The notes below the pieces were generated by a model. The model saw nothing but the letters and a program-made list of their open reading frames with translations, searched no databases and was not told the origin of the DNA. Position numbers and translations under genes: made by a program. A DNA stretch of 64,000 nt. It comes from Octopus vulgaris (lineage: Eukaryota). Positions 1 to 13,739 of the stretch are shown piece by piece. Position 1 is the stretch's first letter. Each line of letters begins with the position of its first letter. Location: NCBI GenBank assembly GCA_951406725.2, contig OX597815.1:33604001-33668000 (forward strand), read 5' to 3'.

Positions 1-326
1 CATGAAAACCACTCATAAACTTGTGTTTTGCTCATGGCAGTGTCCTTATAAGTTGTTTCAAGCATGACAACAGTCTCGGCTGCCATTTTCCCCAACAAAA
101 ATCAGAATTTCATGGAGGCATGCTGTTCCTTTGTTTCAGCCATTGCAAAAATCAGTGAACAGAGGAGAAGCACTGCAGAACAAAGATGCATCATGTGACA
201 GTACAACCTCAGAAGCAAACTGATGCTTGAGGGTCGCATCAAGTGGCTTCTAGCAGCAGAGGCCTGAACTACAATTGGCTTGTCCCACAGAGAATGTTTC
301 CAGTTACTTTTGGGTACCCCCTCGTA
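1..326 (-). mobile_element. mariner (Tc1/mariner) remnant: left end and N-terminal HTH of transposase
   Basis: Minus strand from ATG at 143 reads MAETKEQHASMKF*FLLGKMAAETVVMLETTYKDTAMSKTQVYEWFS, a mariner HTH with one stop. The terminus reads TA-CGAGGGGGTACCCAAAAGTAACTGG (326-300), typical of a mariner TIR with TA target. Confidence 0.85.
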
Positions 327-2810
327 TATTGTTATACTGTCTCAGTGACTAAGGCACTTAACTGTCAGATAGCTCAGTCTATATAGTTGTTAAAAGGTAC
401 CATTTAATGGTACTGCTTACCTCATTAAGCAACAGCTGCACTATATAATTGACAAGTAATCTAGTAGTATGTCATACTAGTTCAATTTGCATATAAATAT
501 AGTTAGAAAACAAGCTCAGTCAGGCTGTTGCTTCTCTGATTTAATGGGTGTAGGATTCATTTGCTTCTTCCTATTACTGAGTCATAAATTCATACACAAG
601 AGATAATATGACTTATATTTGTTTCAAATATAACTGTAGTGTGTGTGTGTTCTGATTTAAAAGGTTTCTTGAAATAAGATATAGGAAATTAATCTTTGGC
701 TAAGGAAAATCTTATATTTTCGTTGTTATTCTTTTACTGAACTATTAGTAATAATGTATGAATTACTTAGAACTGAGAATATTACAATTTAACATTCAGA
801 ATATTTTCATGAAAACAACTTGCTAATGATTGTAAGTGACATTAAATGTAGATTAATCATGTCAAGAAAAAAGGTTGTATTGCTGTATAACCCTAGCTAA
901 CCCTTTATATTCAGCAGAGTTATAGTTAAATACATTCCAGCTGTGATGATGCTGTAGTTTTCTCTTAGGCATATTGTAGCTGCTTTAATAAAATATGCGC
1001 TTCCTATTTTTAAGATGGTAGAGTGTGAATGGAGGTAGATTCTGCTATTTTTAACAGGTTAAGCAACTGGGTTAAGGTTTCCTTAATGGCTCATTGAGAA
1101 AAGGTATGGATGCTTCTCATATTCAGTAAGTTATCCCTAGCAGAACTATCTATATACCTATCTATATAGCAACAATCTATATAAAAGGCATTTTTAAGAT
1201 GGCAAATAAAAGCATAAAATGACTGATAAAAAATGTTAATGGAATACACTGAGATGGTATTAGAAGTCTGAGATGACAACAAAGGATCTAATAAAACAAA
1301 AGTAGGATGAGATGGTAATAAAAGAATCAATAAAAATAGTAAAGGAAGAAAACTCCAACATTAAGCATGGTACCTATTAACTCTAAATTTATAAAGATCT
1401 GCTGGAAAACAGTGAGGAGAGATTTCATTCTACAATAATGGTCATTTGGTGAGGAGGAGGAAACCTTCACCTCATGGAACCTGGAGTATGTCCACGAGAT
1501 ATCCAAGAAGCATAAACACAGTTTCCTAAATTTTGCAAATTGAGTTCTGGTGGAAAATTCCAGGACTGGTAGGAACACCTTCCATGAAAGTAATAGTAGA
1601 AAGGGACCAAACTTGCAACATTCCATTAATAATAAAGCAATTGGAGCACTGGCCATTACAGTAAGAAATTATTTCATCTTTAAATAGCAGATCTTTTGAA
1701 ATATTCAGTTCTAAATGTTTCTCGGAAATATAGAAATATCTGAATTACACTACCCAAAAAAAGAGTGTCTTCTGCATTTTTCTCTACTTGTTTTATCTTG
1801 TATATTTTGTTGCATATCTACTTTTATAAGCTCATGTGTTTGAAATTTGCAATCTGCAGTAGAATAGTATGTTAGTGACAAAGCTGTAGATCAGGGATGG
1901 GGAGACCCCTACCTGTGGGTGTAATTGCTCCTGCAAGCCCATTTTTTTGTGCCTGCATGCTGATATACTTGTATCTACAAAATATAGTAAATTTTTCAAT
2001 TATAAAATTCATACAATATTCATGTCTACTTGCAACATAGTTCACATTTCCACTACGGCCTAAAACAGTCAAACTCGTACAGAAATTGTCCATTTGAATG
2101 GAAATTTTGTACCACCTCCTTGAGACCCAACTACATTCCTAAAACTATATTGCATGTATCAAAATAATTTTTATATGAAATAGAATCTGAAGGATTGTAG
2201 AAGATACTGTGTAAAAATTACTCATATCCAAGAACCCCAAATATTTAAAAATTTTTCTCCCTATTTCATTTTTCATATTTTTACAAAGAAAATTTCTAAA
2301 ATCAACACTCACCCTCTTTCTGTTACTCGATAAGCAAAAATATTTAAAAATCTATTAAAAATCAAAAACAAATTGGTAAAGCTTCATCAAAACAGAAACT
2401 ATTAATTTGGTGCTTTGTGAACAGGATTATCAAAAAATATTACTTTTTTCTGAAAAAGCAGTGAAAAATAAGAGGTATTGCATTTTTGCTATCAGTCAGT
2501 GTCAAGAAGGTCTACAGGAGCTACTTTCATCTGTCATCAGCTTATCAGTTATTGTCCTTCCCTACCTATCTGCTTATCAACCTGTGTGGACAGGGGAGAG
2601 AGAAAAATCAACCAAACAATATCTTAATTTTTTGCAGATTTTTACTTTTTACTATTTTTTACAAGAGGAATGATGCAATATGACTAGAAATCAGTTGGCT
2701 TTTGTTTTTCCCAGGCAACAATAACAAAAATTCGAAAGTGATAATATAAATTTAACCAGTTTATAACTTCATTAACTTTGTTAAGTCAGTTTTTCAATGC
2801 TCTTCTCAAT

Positions 2811-4470
2811 ATGGCAAGTGGTTATAAAAATCCTAAAAAAACATGTGCTAGTGAACGTGCTTTGTTTGATGAAAAATGACTTGAGTTTTATTTTTTCTAT
2901 TGAAATAGATAACAAGTGCATGTGTCTTATTTGCAACAAACAAGTAGCTGTTTATAGAATCTGAACATTTAGACAAACTAGCCTCCTTGAAAGAAAATCA
3001 GACCAAAAGACAAACTGTTTTTTAAAAGCCGATTCTTGAAAGTGAATCAGTAACTTGAGCTAGTTATGGAGTATGCGAAAACATTGCTAAAGAACTCAAA
3101 CCACATAGTGATGATAAATTCATGAAAGAATGTATCCTTCCTGCTGTTGAGAATATATGCCCAGAAAAATCTTAATTTGTTTGGAATTATTATCTTATCA
3201 AGAAGAACTGTTTCTGATCGTATTAAAGATATTAAAAATACTTTAAAATCCGATTCAGCAGAATTCATATTGTATTCATTAGCTATTGATAATACAACTG
3301 ATCTGTCTAATACTGCTCAGATGGCAATATTTATACATGGAATAACTGCAAAATTCAACATTTGAGAAGAATTTCTTGCCTTGAAATCAACTAGAGGTGA
3401 AGATTTATTCCAAACAGTTGACTCAGCCTTAAAGTATTTTGATTTACCATATGAAAAGATGATAAATTTACTGTATGAAAAAATGGTGCTCCATCTATGA
3501 CAGGCCGTGAACAAGGGTTCATAGCTCTGATTAAGAATGAATTTAAGAAGCGTCTTTCGAATCCGAAAACTTTGTGTCACTGCATTATTCATATGGAAAG
3601 TTTATGTGCAAAATCTCTGAAGACAGGCAATGTAATGCAAGTTGTAACTAAGGCCATTAATTTGATAAAAAGCAAAGAGTTGAATAATAGGGAACTTAAA
3701 GAATTTTTGGAAGATCTTGAAGCTGAATATGGGGATTTATTGTACCATTGTGAAGTTAGGTGGTTAAGTAAGACCCAAAAGCTTAAGCAATTTATGAAGT
3801 GAAAATTTTTATTGAAATTAAAGGTGTTCCTGTTTGTAGAGCTGGAAGGTAAAAAGCTTCAAAGTGATCTAGCATTTTTAGTAGACATAACTAGTCAGTT
3901 AAAAATACTTTGAACTTGAAACTACAGTATCTTCTACATGGCTAATTACCAGCTTGCTTTCTCATAGCAAAAACTTTGAATCAATGCTTCATTTATTTGT
4001 CACACAATTGAAAAGAAAGTGTTTCACACATTTTCCCAAATTGAGGGAACAAAATAATAAATCAACAAAATACTCTGACGAGTGTGAAAGTCCTTTTGAA
4101 GAAATTTCCAGAAATACAAGATAACAAAATCGGAAACACCTTTTGATAAGTGTCCTGAGGAGGCTCCAGATTCCTTACAATTAGAGTTGATTTGCAGTCA
4201 GATAACTTAATAAAATCGAAATGTAATAATCTGTTTTTATTGGACTTCTACAAATCCATAAATCCTGAGAAATAAAAATGCCTTGAAATTTGAATCTCAG
4301 TTTTCAACAACTTATCAATGTGAGCAGTTTTTTCCAAATTGAATTATGCAAAAAAAAAATTGTCTATGTACCAAACTTACTGACAAAAACCTGAGTAATG
4401 AACTAAGAATAGCAATTTCTTCAAAGCCATGTGATATTCCTAAACTTTCAAAAACAAAAGAAAAATGTTT
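2811..4470 (+). pseudogene. hAT transposase pseudogene (GTF2IRD2/SPIN-like)
   Basis: Frameshifted fragments: KCMCLICNKQVAV (BED-like), YSLAIDNTTDLSNTAQMAIFIHG (first catalytic D region), HCIIHMESLCAK (CxxH), YGDLLYHCEVRWLS (RW motif) and STTYQCEQFF...KLTDKNL (C-terminal dimerisation region). Many stops. Confidence 0.9.
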
Positions 4471-5261
4471 CATTCTTCTCACTAAACAGAACCAAATATC
4501 AAAATTAAGGTTAATTAGCTTTGATAAAATTATCATTAGGATAAATTAGTTTAGATATGTCATTTACATATGTTATTTAGGTGTTAATGTAATTTTTCAA
4601 AATTAAATTCGGTCTGTGCTTGATTGTTATAATTTCTCCAGCATTAGGATAGGTACATTTTGAAAAATATAGAATACCTCATAAATAATATAAATGTCTT
4701 AAATTCAGTGGCAGCATTGATGAAGATATTATGCGTTAATTTAATGTGTTAAACTTGAAGAGGGTAAGAGGAAGAATTGGAGAAGAATTATACAAAAACT
4801 ATGAACAATTATAATGCACCATTTAGGTCATTGACTCTTAACCAGTAGGTATATTGCTCCACAATATGCTTTTGGTGGGCCTAAAAAGAATGGAACATTT
4901 GGAAGACATAAAAATTTCTGAAGACACCACACACAAATTTAGCTGCTGTATGTAATATCACACTGTATTAATACTCTCAACACCATAAATATTGAACACT
5001 TAGGTAGTTTATCACCATGTACTATCTAGTTACTAAAACTAAATTCAAGACTATTACATAGAAACAATTTTTATTAAAGTTTTTGGTAAAATCTGAAGGG
5101 CATAAGAAGACCAAGATTTTTTTTTAAATATTAAAGTCAGTTTTTGGCAGTCCTTGCATCTTATACACTGATTGCACATTTATATTATAGAATTTTGTTG
5201 TGTAAAGTTGCTGCAAATACTATTGTTTTTTTTTAATATATGAAACATCAGCAATAAACAT

Positions 5262-5828
5262 CAGGGTTATTGTTAAGCCCCTGCAACCCCTACAATCACA
5301 GGGGGCCTCTGTGGTTGAGGGGCTCCATGTTAAGATCAAAGTATGTAGATGAGTCATCTATTTACTTTGTTTAAGATTTTGAAAAATAATTAAACTATGT
5401 TAACTGAAAATTTCAAGAAATATAAGGGTAATACATTGTACCTGCAAATGTTCTTGTAAAAATATTACATTGTACTACGAATGTGTACCAAATTTTGTGG
5501 ATTGTCTATGATATCTATTGAACACAGACTTAGCTCTCAGCTTGATTATACTGAACTGATCAATGATTTTGCGAAGTAGAAAATGTGCCGTGTTTGTCTT
5601 TGAAAGTTACCTGGATTATAAAAGTGCTCTTTTATTCATTAAATAAATTTAACTTGCTGTACTTTTAAAGATGTTCTTCAGGATAACATGAAATATTGAA
5701 CTTCAGATAGAATAAAGTAAAATATAGCTATGAATAAAAGGTATGTAGATTATGAGTTTTGATTGGAGGGACGGGGCCTCGAAACAAAAAGTTGCTGGGG
5801 GCCCTCTAAAAGTCATGCGACGGAGCTG
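5262..5828 (+). mobile_element. internally deleted hAT (Tip100/ZMYM1-like) element nested in the Buster-type element
   Basis: CAG...CTG ends with GGGGCC-rich subterminal motifs and 8-bp flanks ATAAACAT/ATTAACAA (6/8 match). About 5502-5603 reads LSMISIEHRLSSQLDYTELINDFAK*KMCRVCL, a hAT C-terminus. Confidence 0.65.
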
Positions 5829-6273
5829 ATTAACAAATAGTAAAATAGGTTCCACCACTGGCGAATTATCAGGGTTTTTGTAAGTTTGGAAGGGGGACAT
5901 GAGCTAAAAAACGAAAAGTTGAGAACCACCTGTGTAGATGATCCTTCTATGAGCATGTCTTTTACTTCTGAAACATTGCTTGAGGTAACTCCAAACCTGT
6001 GGCTAAACATTTTCTGTTCTTCTAATGAGCTGCTTTTGTGCAAAGCTGCCCAAGACTATGAGTCTTACATACATAAGTATATGCAAATTAACTACTGTTT
6101 ACCCATGGTATGGCTTTCACAATTGGCATTTGCAAACAGTTCTTATATCCCTAATTAATCTTTCCTCCTGATTTTAATTCACTCCAACTTTTTCAAATAA
6201 GCATATAATTTTCTTCCTCACCTGCTAGTATTGCACTTCCAGCTTTAGTAATGTTTGTTTATGGGTGATTTTA

Positions 6274-6305
<32 letters not shown>

Positions 6306-7635
6306 GAATATACACACACACGCCAGTATATACCATTCATATTGTTTTATTATTTTAATGCCTCCTCTCTTGGATTGTTCATAGTTTCTATATATAGATC
6401 TTTATTGAGTCCCACCCCCCTCTGCTTTCCCATCACTACAGCTCTCATTTAGACTGTTAACTCCTTACTAACATATATTTCTCAGTTGCTAGAAATAGAA
6501 AACAGGCTACAGTTAAATCAGTTGCAATATTGTAAAAGTTCTGCCGCAGATTGTGAGGTTTCATCTTAAGTCTTTAAATTTAGTATCTGTGTCTTAAATA
6601 CCCACCATTTGTTTGCTTAAGCAGTATTTAATGTAATTCAACTGGAAGAAGTCACACCTTTTCCCTGATTGCTGGGAAATGTTAATTAGGTAAATATTTG
6701 TGTAATTAGTTGTTGTTTTTTTAGGAAGAAAGAGAAGGTATGGCATTTTATGATATAAAAATGTATAAATTTGCTCAAATCAATTTGAATTAATTAGTAT
6801 ATCTGTTGGTTCCTTATACCTTCCCTTTCTTTTGTCAGGTAAAAATGACTTTTTACTGCATTCTTGTGTACAAAACAAACTGTAACACTATTAAGTGTTC
6901 TGTCTTTCTCTTCCATATCTCTCATCCTCTCTTTCTAAAGTGCTTTGGTAAAATGCTCATGTCTTGGAGAACTGCCAATCTACTAACCCTAATGTTTAAA
7001 TAATAATATTTATGTTAATTATATTCCAGTGGAAACCTGCTAATTTATCCAATATTTTTGTACAAATTGATTGAATTTACATTTTCTCCAATTGATATTT
7101 CAATTGTAAATTAATGCATATATGTACAATAGATTAAGCTCTTGTTTTATTGTTTCATATCTTTGTCATTTTCAATTTTTTTCATCTTTCTATCTATCTA
7201 TCTATCTATCTGTCTGTCACATCTCTTTATTTTGAAATTGTTTTTTTGTTGTGCATGTAAATATTCTTAAATCCATTTTTATTTATAAACTGGCATGATC
7301 TCAAAGTTTCACTTCTGCCTCTGTGTGAAAATTACTTCAAGTTTTGCCACCATTTCATATTATCTCGTCTGTCTATCTGTCCTGACTAGAAAATTCTGCT
7401 GTCTGTCTTTGTTCTTATTTCTCTTTCTTTTTATAAGAAATTTGGTATCTTTGTTTTCGAAATGATGTATTTATATGCATATTTTAGCACAAATGTCTGT
7501 ATTATGAATGTATAATTATAATGTAACTTACATGTTATATAATATTAAATACATTTAAATTGCTTATCTCTGAATACTAGACATCAATATTTAAAGATAT
7601 GAGAAATTAAAATCAAAGTACTCATAGTCATACAT

Positions 7636-7685
7636 GCTAGCTAGCTAGCTAGAGTGGCTAGCTAGCTAGAGTAGCTAGTAGCTAC
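7636..7685. repeat. (GCTA)n-like microsatellite
   Basis: Imperfect tandem GCTA units. Confidence 0.85.
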
Positions 7686-9174
7686 CAATGTATATATAAT
7701 ATGATGTGTATTTCCATAGTGAAAATATTGGAAATTCTAAGCCTTAAAACTTTAAAATTCACTCTTAAACATTTATTTATGTATTTCATTTTTAATTAGA
7801 AAAAAAATGGGAAGAAAAGGCAAAGGACAGCAATGTATAGAGCGCTAGTTTACTTACAGAATATCAGAATAGTAGTAACATTACCAAACTGATAGATGCC
7901 CAAATTTTAATGCAACACTCATAATTACCATTCTTGTAGTTTGTGACTGATATCCCACACAGTTGATCGATTAGAAAGGAAGAATTAACAATGTGTTGTT
8001 TTGCAGTCAATAAAAAAAATACCATAATAAAACCAAAACTTTCCATAACCTTCTTACCCAGCTAAGCTTTATCAGTCCTTCAATTTTACACTGTCGTCAT
8101 TGTCATTTAATATCCATCTGATGGCTCCAAGAACTATATTGTACTCCATTGTCTGTTTTGTCATGATTAGATACCCTTCTAAACCCCAACCACTTTAGAA
8201 CATGTACTAGGTACTTTTTTTTCTTTTCTATTCAAGCCACTAATACTACTGAGGTTGCCATGCTGGTTGCAAAACTATAAACCCCAAGGGAATGGGTGAT
8301 CAATATACAGCGTAGGTGGAGAGAACAGTATTAATGAATGAAGAACTAATAGCAAGTAAAATGGCATCAGATAGAAGAAAAATAGGCGATATCAAAGAAG
8401 AGTTGCAGTTAGAGAGATGATGGGTGGTGTCTTGAAGAGGAATTTGGGCGAAGGGTCCAGTTGTGCATACACATACACAGAGCACTTCCAGAACGCAATC
8501 TCACTGAGTTGGGTCGGTCCTTTCAAGAGCCTCATATCACCATGCATCTTAACTTGATCCAGCAACTTATGATACTGGCCTGCATAAGATTACTTCTTCA
8601 GGTGCCAAGCTGCAGGCCCACCAACTTGTTCCGATTACTATTTGTTCTTATTGCCACATCACATTTCTTTAGTATAGTGCTAACTCTAAACATGATTCTG
8701 TTATATGTGTATAGTGATACAGTCTTTCAGCAAATGTAAATGCGATTCTTTCAAATTTAAAATATTTAGTACATAATGAAGTTCGTAAAATATTAAATTT
8801 GTTTTAGGTTTTTCTTTAAATAGAATATATTTAAATGTTATACACTAGGCTTTATTTATTTTTTTTTTTTTTGCTGAGGTACTAATAATGTTTTAAAATG
8901 ATGTAATTTTCTGTTTGCTGTTTTTGTTGATATCTAATGAAGTATGACTAATTAGAAAACATTTTAGTAAAAAAACATTTGGTGAATTTAAATGCCAGTC
9001 AAGAAAGAAAGTACTCAAAAATTTTCTATATTTGAAATCTTCTACTTGACAGTTTACACTCTACTGACATTTACACTGATAAACGTTCTCAAACTGTTGT
9101 GTTATTTCGATTAAGCCTTTTGAATTGATAATACCTCAAAGGTGATGGAGACGGTTGTAAACAACTATCTTTTT

Positions 9175-9533
9175 CTATATTTAAGAGATGAGGAATTATG
9201 TGCATTATTTACAATTGACAGATATTTGTCCTCATTTTGTTTGTTGTTAACACATTTCGGCTGATATACTCTCCAGCTTTCATCAGGTGTCTGGGGGAAG
9301 TTTCAAACCTAGGTTCTCCTTCTTACGGTATTTTTTGTTGTTGTTATTCTGAGTTTGATTCCAAGCAGTGACCTGAATAATAATAATAACAACATCGAAA
9401 AATACCTTAGTGATGAGAACCCAGGTTTGAAATTTCCCCAAGACACCTGATGAAAGCTGTGGGGTATATCAGCCGAAACGTCGTGTTAACAACAAACAAG
9501 ATGAGGACAAATATCCATCAATTGTAAATAATG
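9175..9533. mobile_element. palindromic hammerhead-bearing non-autonomous retroelement (Penelope-like tail), copy 1
   Basis: Inverted arms of about 150 bp (about 9207-9349 and 9377-9533). 12-bp TSD AACTATCTTTTT at 9163-9174 and 9534-9545. Homologous to 15361-15725, 39944-40020 and 50880-51212. Confidence 0.85.
9442..9487 (+). ncRNA. minimal type I hammerhead ribozyme motif
   Basis: GACAC-CTGATGA-AA-GCTG(10 nt)CAGC-C-GAAAC-GTC-GTGTT. Stem I is GACAC/GTGTT, the core is intact and the triplet is GUC. The first stem II pair is an A.C mismatch in this copy. Confidence 0.75.
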
Positions 9534-11129
9534 AACTATCTTTTTTCTTAACTTGAAGTCTCTCTCTCCCTCCCTCCTCATATGGCCAATCTACTGGAGA
9601 CCTATCTTCTACATCATGAGCCAGCAATTTCTTACCTTTGAAAAGCAGAGTTATCTTTGATGTAGGTAAAACATCTGAATATAGTTTAGTTAGTTGCTTA
9701 TGGGTTTCTTTGATCTTTTAGATCAGAATCTTTTCAGACTTTTTTGTTGAAATGTACACTGATAGCACTTCATCTTCTCCATATTTTGTGAACCCAGGTG
9801 TACTCTGTGTCCTGTTTTTTTTCATTCTGTGCTTTATGACTTTACTGTCACATCTAATTTTCCCTATAAATTTTAGCTTACAATCATCACCCACTCAGTT
9901 AAAACACTGCTTACATAAGCTCTCTGGTAGGAGCCTCAAAATCTTTCTTCAATGGGAACTTTAATAATGCATTTGTTTCATCATTTGTTATCTCTCTCAC
10001 ATTACCTATCTCATACTTTGTCCAATCATTTTACCCAAAGCTGGCATTGACCTACAAAAGTTCAGCCTCAACACTGTCTTGATCTCATCAGAATGGATGG
10101 TCTATAAACATCATGGACAGTGCCTACCAGCTTGACTAAGTTACTAGAAAGAAAAACTATTCATGTTTTCCTTTCTAAGATATATACTCAAAAAGTAGAA
10201 AAAGAAAAAGAAATCATTTTATATTTTTATTCTTTATCAATGGAATAGTTGAACCCAGTGTTTACTTCAAACCTGACACTACTTTCTTGTTACATCCTAA
10301 TAGTTCTTTTAAAATGTTTCTTCTTTCTCTTATTCATTATTTTTCTTTAATAGCTACTAATTTCTATAAATGTATCCCTCTTTATTTATTTTATATTAGT
10401 TTAACCTAAAACACTATTTCTTAATAAAATATTTTGACTGTTCCTGAATTAGTGTAACAAGGTTACTAGTGTCTTTTATCGGCTGATATTAGTCATGAAC
10501 TTATGCTTTTCTGTTATAAGATTATTTTAGTATTTGATTAGACTTTAAACTATCTTAAACTCACCATAAAACTACAGGAATTTTACAATCAAGTCTTTGC
10601 CAAAACAAATGTTTAATGAAGTGTTATTACAAACTGGCAAGATTATTTGTTGACTTTATACAATTACAAGGCAGTCAGTGTTATATTTGGACCGGCTGAT
10701 AGTAATGGTTAAATAGATCCCATCTGTTTATTGTTATGTTAACATGCAAGTCACATATATTATTTCCTCCAGTACATTTATGGAACATTTTTACTTAGTG
10801 GTTATAAAATTGGTGCATTGAACTATATTTATATGTTCAAAACATACAGTCTTGCTTTAAAATGAAACTCAGGAATGTATTATAGCAGTGTATTAATATA
10901 CACTAGTAAGATATACTGCCACCCCAACCCCTACTGCTTTACTGGTTTCAGTCATTGGACCTTGAACATGCTGAGACATTACCTTCAAGGATATAGTCAA
11001 TCATATCAACTTCAGCATTTATTTCAGTATAGTACTTATTTTATTGACCTTTATTTGTCAAACTGCTAATTTATGGGGTATAGAAAGATACAAATAAAAA
11101 TAAACAAATACACACACACCTTATCATAT

Positions 11130-11620
11130 CATATGTGTTATAGATTTCTGCACATTTTACCTCTACCAAATGCTACTCACAAAGCATTGTTCAACTTGAA
11201 GCTATTCTAGAAAACACTTGCCTTAGGTGCCACTGTAGACTTGAACTTAGAACCATATGGTTGCTAAGCAGACTTTTTAATTATGCAAGTATTTTATCTT
11301 TTGAATATTCTGCTGTATGATGGAAGTTATTTCAGCCATTGGATTGCAATCATGCTAAGGCATTGCCTTTGAGGGTTTAGTCGAACAAATTGACCCCAGT
11401 ACTTATGTTTTTAAAGTATGGTACTTAAATTTTATGGGTCTCTTTTGCTAATCTTCTAAGTTACAGGGATGTAAACAAACCAGTACCAATTTTCAAGTGG
11501 TGGTGATGGTGTGGACACAAACATGCACACACATGGTTTTCTGTCAACCAGATTTCCCTTACAATATATCTATCAACACAAAGCTACAGGAGAAAATACT
11601 CATTCGAGGTCCCAAACTGG
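11130..11620 (-). mobile_element. degenerate copies of the abundant tRNA-derived SINE
   Basis: Diverged matches to both halves of the 47002-47407 element. Confidence 0.6.
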
Positions 11621-13434
11621 GATTATTACATAGAATATAATGATGATGATGGTAATTTTAGTAATGATGCTGTATTGCATTTATAGGTGCATATATCTCC
11701 TTTCATGTAGTTTCACTATTGTAATATATTGTGAGGGCAAATGGATATCATAACTGGTATGACAGCTACAATCCTTTATCTTCCAAGCTCAGATCTTGCC
11801 CTCATGGGTTGATGAAGTATGAAAAGAATGATTCAGTCATCTTTACTTGACCCTTGTAAATGTTTTTGCTTTTTGTTAGTACTACATTGTGTAGTATAGG
11901 AATATATTTCATATGCTTGCTCTAAATAATGTGAGTATAATTTTTCATGGAAAATTATTTTATCTACAAAATTGAGATTTCTGTAGTTAAAATAAACGGA
12001 GGCATGAAAAAATGATTTCATCATTCACATTTGATTGATTTTGGTCCTATAACATCTTGGTTCTAACTTATGAAATGAAGTCTTTGGAAACCTTTTTAGA
12101 AATCTCTGTCATGTGAAATATGCCAGGAATTTACCAATTATTTATTTATTTATTTTTTTTTTTGCATATTGATTTTGTTAGGTCATTTAATTAGTGTTAC
12201 AATTTGCAAACTAAAGGAATGCAGTAGAAAATATAAAATGAATAAATAAAAGCAAGAGTACAAATTTTAATAAATGATCATGAGTGAGCTACCATGCTGT
12301 GTTAGGAGAGCTGGACATTTCAATGCTACGTGTCTGATTAACATTAACTGGCATCAATATTCACTGACTCACAAGCCATGTTTCAACTCAGTCATAAAGG
12401 ATAAATAAATGACACTGTTTTCCTATCTTGGATAAGTTTTACAAAATTAGTCAATTATGTTGTTAACTTTACCAGTATGCCAGCAGTCTGTCTGATTCAT
12501 CATTTTCTATGATGGAAAGTCAGTGCAGTGCCTCCTCACATCTATCAGTAATAATTTTGCTTCTTCTTATCATCTCTTTTCATGTCTCACCTTTTAAGCA
12601 AAAGTGCAGATGCTTGCATATTAGTATGTTCACCAACAGGCACAGTTCAAATTTCAGAGCAGAGACAGTTTGAATGAAGCTGAACTGAAATTGTTACTAG
12701 AGCAGGATTTTTGGTATATGATAGAAAGTATGAGGTAATTATAGTGGTGTGGGTGATAGAAACCACTTAATTAAAAATGGAGAGAAATATAGTTATTAAA
12801 TATTTTGACTTTAACAAACCCTATTTTAGAATTGAGCATCTCGGATTGAAACATTAAAAGAATACTGAAACCATTGTGACAGAAGTGAAAGTACTCAGTG
12901 AATAAACATCTTAGTAATGATATTAAACATGTTAGTCATAAGTACCTGATTAGTTGTTGGATTGAGGTTTGAAGTGCCTAATGATGCTAGCTTTATTAAT
13001 ATAAAAGGTACTAATATTCCTATTTGAAGGCTTTGAGAGAAATTGTAGGAAGATGGCAAAAGAAACTTAACTACATAGAATGAACATCAAAATTAAATTT
13101 TTTTGAATTAGGAACTGAAATATTCCAAATGTAATCATGTTAACAGTAAACAACACATACAACAAAGATTATGGTGTGTATAGAAATTCCCAGTTTAGTA
13201 AGATAGGCAAGGTGTTTCATTTAAATCAGGTACTTGAGTTGTAGTTTCGGAATGTAAATTAAAAATACATAATGCAGGTTAGTTAAAAACAGTATTATCC
13301 ACTGATATTTGATCATTTAAGATGGACTTGAGTTATTGGACATGGAAATGGATTAACTATGAGTAGGCAGGGAATATGATTTTTATATCTTTACATATAA
13401 GGTATGTGCATCACTATATTTTAGATTGATAGAT

Positions 13435-13628
13435 CTGGCCCCTGTGCTGGTGGCATGTAAAAAGCACCCACTACACTCATGGAGTGGTTGGTGTTAGGAA
13501 GGGCATCCAACTATAGAAACACTGCCAGACCAGACTGGAGCCTGGCGCAGCCTCCTGGCTTCCCGGAACCCTGTCGAACCATCCAACCCATGCTAGCATG
13601 GAAAACGGATGTTAAACGATGATGATGA
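13435..13628 (+). mobile_element. RTE-LINE 3' end / RTE-tailed SINE ending in (GAT)n
   Basis: GTAAAAAGCACCC...GGTTGGTGTTAGGAAGGGCATCC...CCAACCCATGCTAGCATGGAAAACGGATGTTAAACGATGATGATG. The same sequence ends the RTE copies at 38697-38928 and 46790-46970. Confidence 0.85.
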
Positions 13629-13739
13629 GATTAATTTGTCTTCAAATTATGACTGGCCCATTCCTTTGGTTAGTCTGCACAGTGTCACCTATCATTTCTT
13701 CATTATTTTACTTCCAATTTTTTCTTCAGCTTTTGAGAC

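Larger units (their letters stand above)
1892..5932 (+). mobile_element. decayed hAT (Buster/SPIN/Charlie-type) DNA transposon
   Basis: Left end CAGGGATGGGGAGACC and right end GTTGAGAACCACCTG are each flanked by TGTAGAT (1885-1891, 5933-5939). The element encloses a hAT transposase pseudogene. The TIRs are imperfect, so the boundaries are tentative. Confidence 0.55.

Noticed and set aside
1327-1666. 109-aa minus-strand ORF and a GTAAGA donor-like site at 1661
   Set aside because: All three + frames upstream of the donor contain stops, and the minus ORF has no recognisable motifs.
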